A stretch of DNA of 64,000 nt from Callorhinchus milii. Lineage: Eukaryota. The first letter of the stretch is position 1, and the number at the start of each line of letters is the position of its first letter. The translations under genes were made by a program, and so were the position numbers. The stretch lies in NCBI RefSeq assembly GCF_018977255.1, contig NW_024704758.1:10168001-10232000 (forward strand). The letters are read 5' to 3'. Below are positions 61,751-64,000 of the stretch, piece by piece. The notes beneath the pieces were generated by a model. That model made no database searches. It was not told where the DNA came from and saw nothing but the letters and a program-made list of their open reading frames with translations.

Positions 61751-64000
61751 ATCTCAATTGCCTAAACTTGATCATTTCCTGATATTCCTGCTAATCATAT
61801 TCTGAACGTGTTTTACAGTTGTTAATCTGGGTCCAGATTTATTCTATTTATGCAGCATTGTAGAGCGTGTAGAATTCAGCAAATTGTTGAATTCAGTCTT
61901 AATTTTGAAATCCATTCTCTGAATTACTCTTTTTTTAATTACAGTAAAATAGCTTAGAAATTAAGGCTATTTTGAAGCATTTGCCAAATTTTGGATGTTC
62001 TACAATTTGAGTGCTGTGTCCAGGAAGAGCCATTGATGTCAAGTTTTGCATGTTACCCATATGTACTATTCACAGGAAGCAGTGATGGTATCACTTTGCA
62101 AAGGAAATGATATCAGCATAGCTTAGTTCATATACAAAGCCCAGGAAATGATGCAACATCAAACTGACAATACACAACGCACCCATTTTTTCACACTTCA
62201 TTCAAAAGCGGGTTCTCGAATATTGGTCAGAGGCGAATACTTTTGACGATTTGCAATTCTCTTACATGTTCAAGTAATTTCTAATGCCACGGACAATGAC
62301 ACAGTGAATTGTAAAAGGGTGTAAATGAATGAGACAGTTAATTCCATTTAGATTTTACTAGTATTCATTATTTATCCAGCAACATTTATTTTATGGAATG
62401 TTTAGGAGATCATTCCCTGGTGCCAGATATGTCAAAAGATAACAGGGAAATTCTATTTTCCTTAACTGCTCGCAAAATGCCTAACCATAAAAGTAATCTT
62501 TATTTATTACTAAGGTTTATGTGCGTGTTAATCAAGTGATTTATGGTTCAGTAGATTTTGCTTCTTGCTATGCTTCTTTTAAAGCCAGTACCAGTGTCTT
62601 TCAAGTTCCAATTTTATCTGTTACTTCAGTGCAGCAGACATATTTCTTATGCCCTAAGAATGAATCAAATTCCTATAGTAACAATTGTACTTCATTGACC
62701 TCTATGGATTGCAGCAGTGAAAGTCAAATCTGACTTAATCTTGGTTGCTTTACTTCTATATTAGCAGTCCTGAGGCCACAGTGCCTCATGGTGCCTCTCT
62801 TTTTTAAAAAAATACAGGACACTGGTTTTCTTTTGCTTAGAGATAGATTTGGTGGGTTATGAACCATAGCTATAAATACAGCATGAATGGTATAAATGGA
62901 GCATTGGTAGCAAAGAGATGACTCACATAGCAATTTCCACAGAAACTTAATTTGTAACATAATTCATAGAATCATCCCTTCCTTATGGGAATAAAAAATA
63001 CTACACATGGATACACTGAGCATTCTGCATATAAGAGATTCTGGCACAATGTTTTCCCAATGGAGGAAACAGCTTCAAATCCCTGAACGACATTAACCTT
63101 TTCTGAGACGGAGGTGGAGTCAATCCTGCAGGATTCCTGACTCACAAAGAGAAGATTCAAACACCCGTGTGAAGCCAATGATAATATACATTACTGCAGA
63201 ATAAACATTGCAGCAGACTTTAACTTTATCCATCGAGCCACTCTCTCAGGAAGGTCATTATTACCATATAAAGGATTACCCTCTTCAACCAATTTATTCA
63301 CATGTCAAAACTAACAATGCCATGGAGCACACAATATACTAATAAGCAGCAACAACAACAAAATTATATTTGTATAGCGCCTTTCACATCGGGAGGATAA
63401 GCAGATCCAAGGTCATGTGGCTTGCTCTATTGCTCCCCTTAAAAACCCTTATTTAATTTTGGGGGGAATTCTTCCCTATTCTTACGTGTTATTCATAATA
63501 ATGTGTACTGCTGGGCTCTTGTACTTCTCTGTCTGCAAGCGAAAAACCTTAAAACAAATATCCTTCCCCTTTCAAAAACTCCCTATCAGTGTTCCCAAGA
63601 CCACCTTTAGAGACCTGATGAATAACATCGAAATCCAATTCATTGAGCGATATCTTTCAATCAGAGTGGAAACATTTTTTGTTTTACACTTCAGAAGACA
63701 CAGGAGTGTTATAATATGAACATAAAAATATTTGCATAAATAAGGAGGCCAGGGGATAGGGGAATGAATTCAGAAATTTATCTCCATTATTATTCACTTA
63801 CAGTTTGCAATCTCAAACAATAACAGAGACTTCTGTTCTCAAGTTCTGGAGAATATTAATTACTAGGTTTGGACCAAATCAATAATTGTTCTTTCACTCC
63901 TGAGTCCTTCAGTCACTCCAATGAATAAGAGCAGACTATTTTGAAAATCTTTTTGAAGAATGTTTCACACAGGTGGAAAAATAGAGAGAACATTTGCAAA

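Noticed and set aside
1-64000. CRISPR array, operon or other prokaryotic/phage system
   Set aside because: No regularly spaced repeats, no long ORFs and no gene-dense organisation; the repeat content is typical of vertebrate nuclear DNA.

Overview
AT-rich, gene-poor vertebrate genomic DNA (intergenic or inside a very large intron). The repeat content points to a cartilaginous fish, probably a chimaera such as Callorhinchus milii; this is an inference from recalled repeat families, not a database result. I found no recognisable protein-coding gene, rRNA, functional tRNA, CRISPR array or prokaryotic system. The window is dominated by retroposon relics: a young tRNA(Ala)-headed SINE with a partial Deu-domain and an L2-type tail (5 full-length copies, many truncated), older full-length DeuSINEs, a second old SINE-like family, an LF-SINE-like copy, and CR1, L2 and RTE LINE fragments. 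A Penelope-type terminal fragment carries a degenerate hammerhead-ribozyme core. Two decayed hAT transposase C-termini are also present. Best leads: the CpG-retaining hAT relic (53.6-53.9 kb); the hammerhead relic (51.2 kb); a 949-bp segment bounded by a 32/33 inverted repeat; a TG...CA direct-repeat pair resembling a miniature LTR element; an 80-aa single-TM small ORF; a Pbx-Hox/Meis motif cluster; and a visible series of SINE subfamilies. None is established as a new system from the sequence alone.
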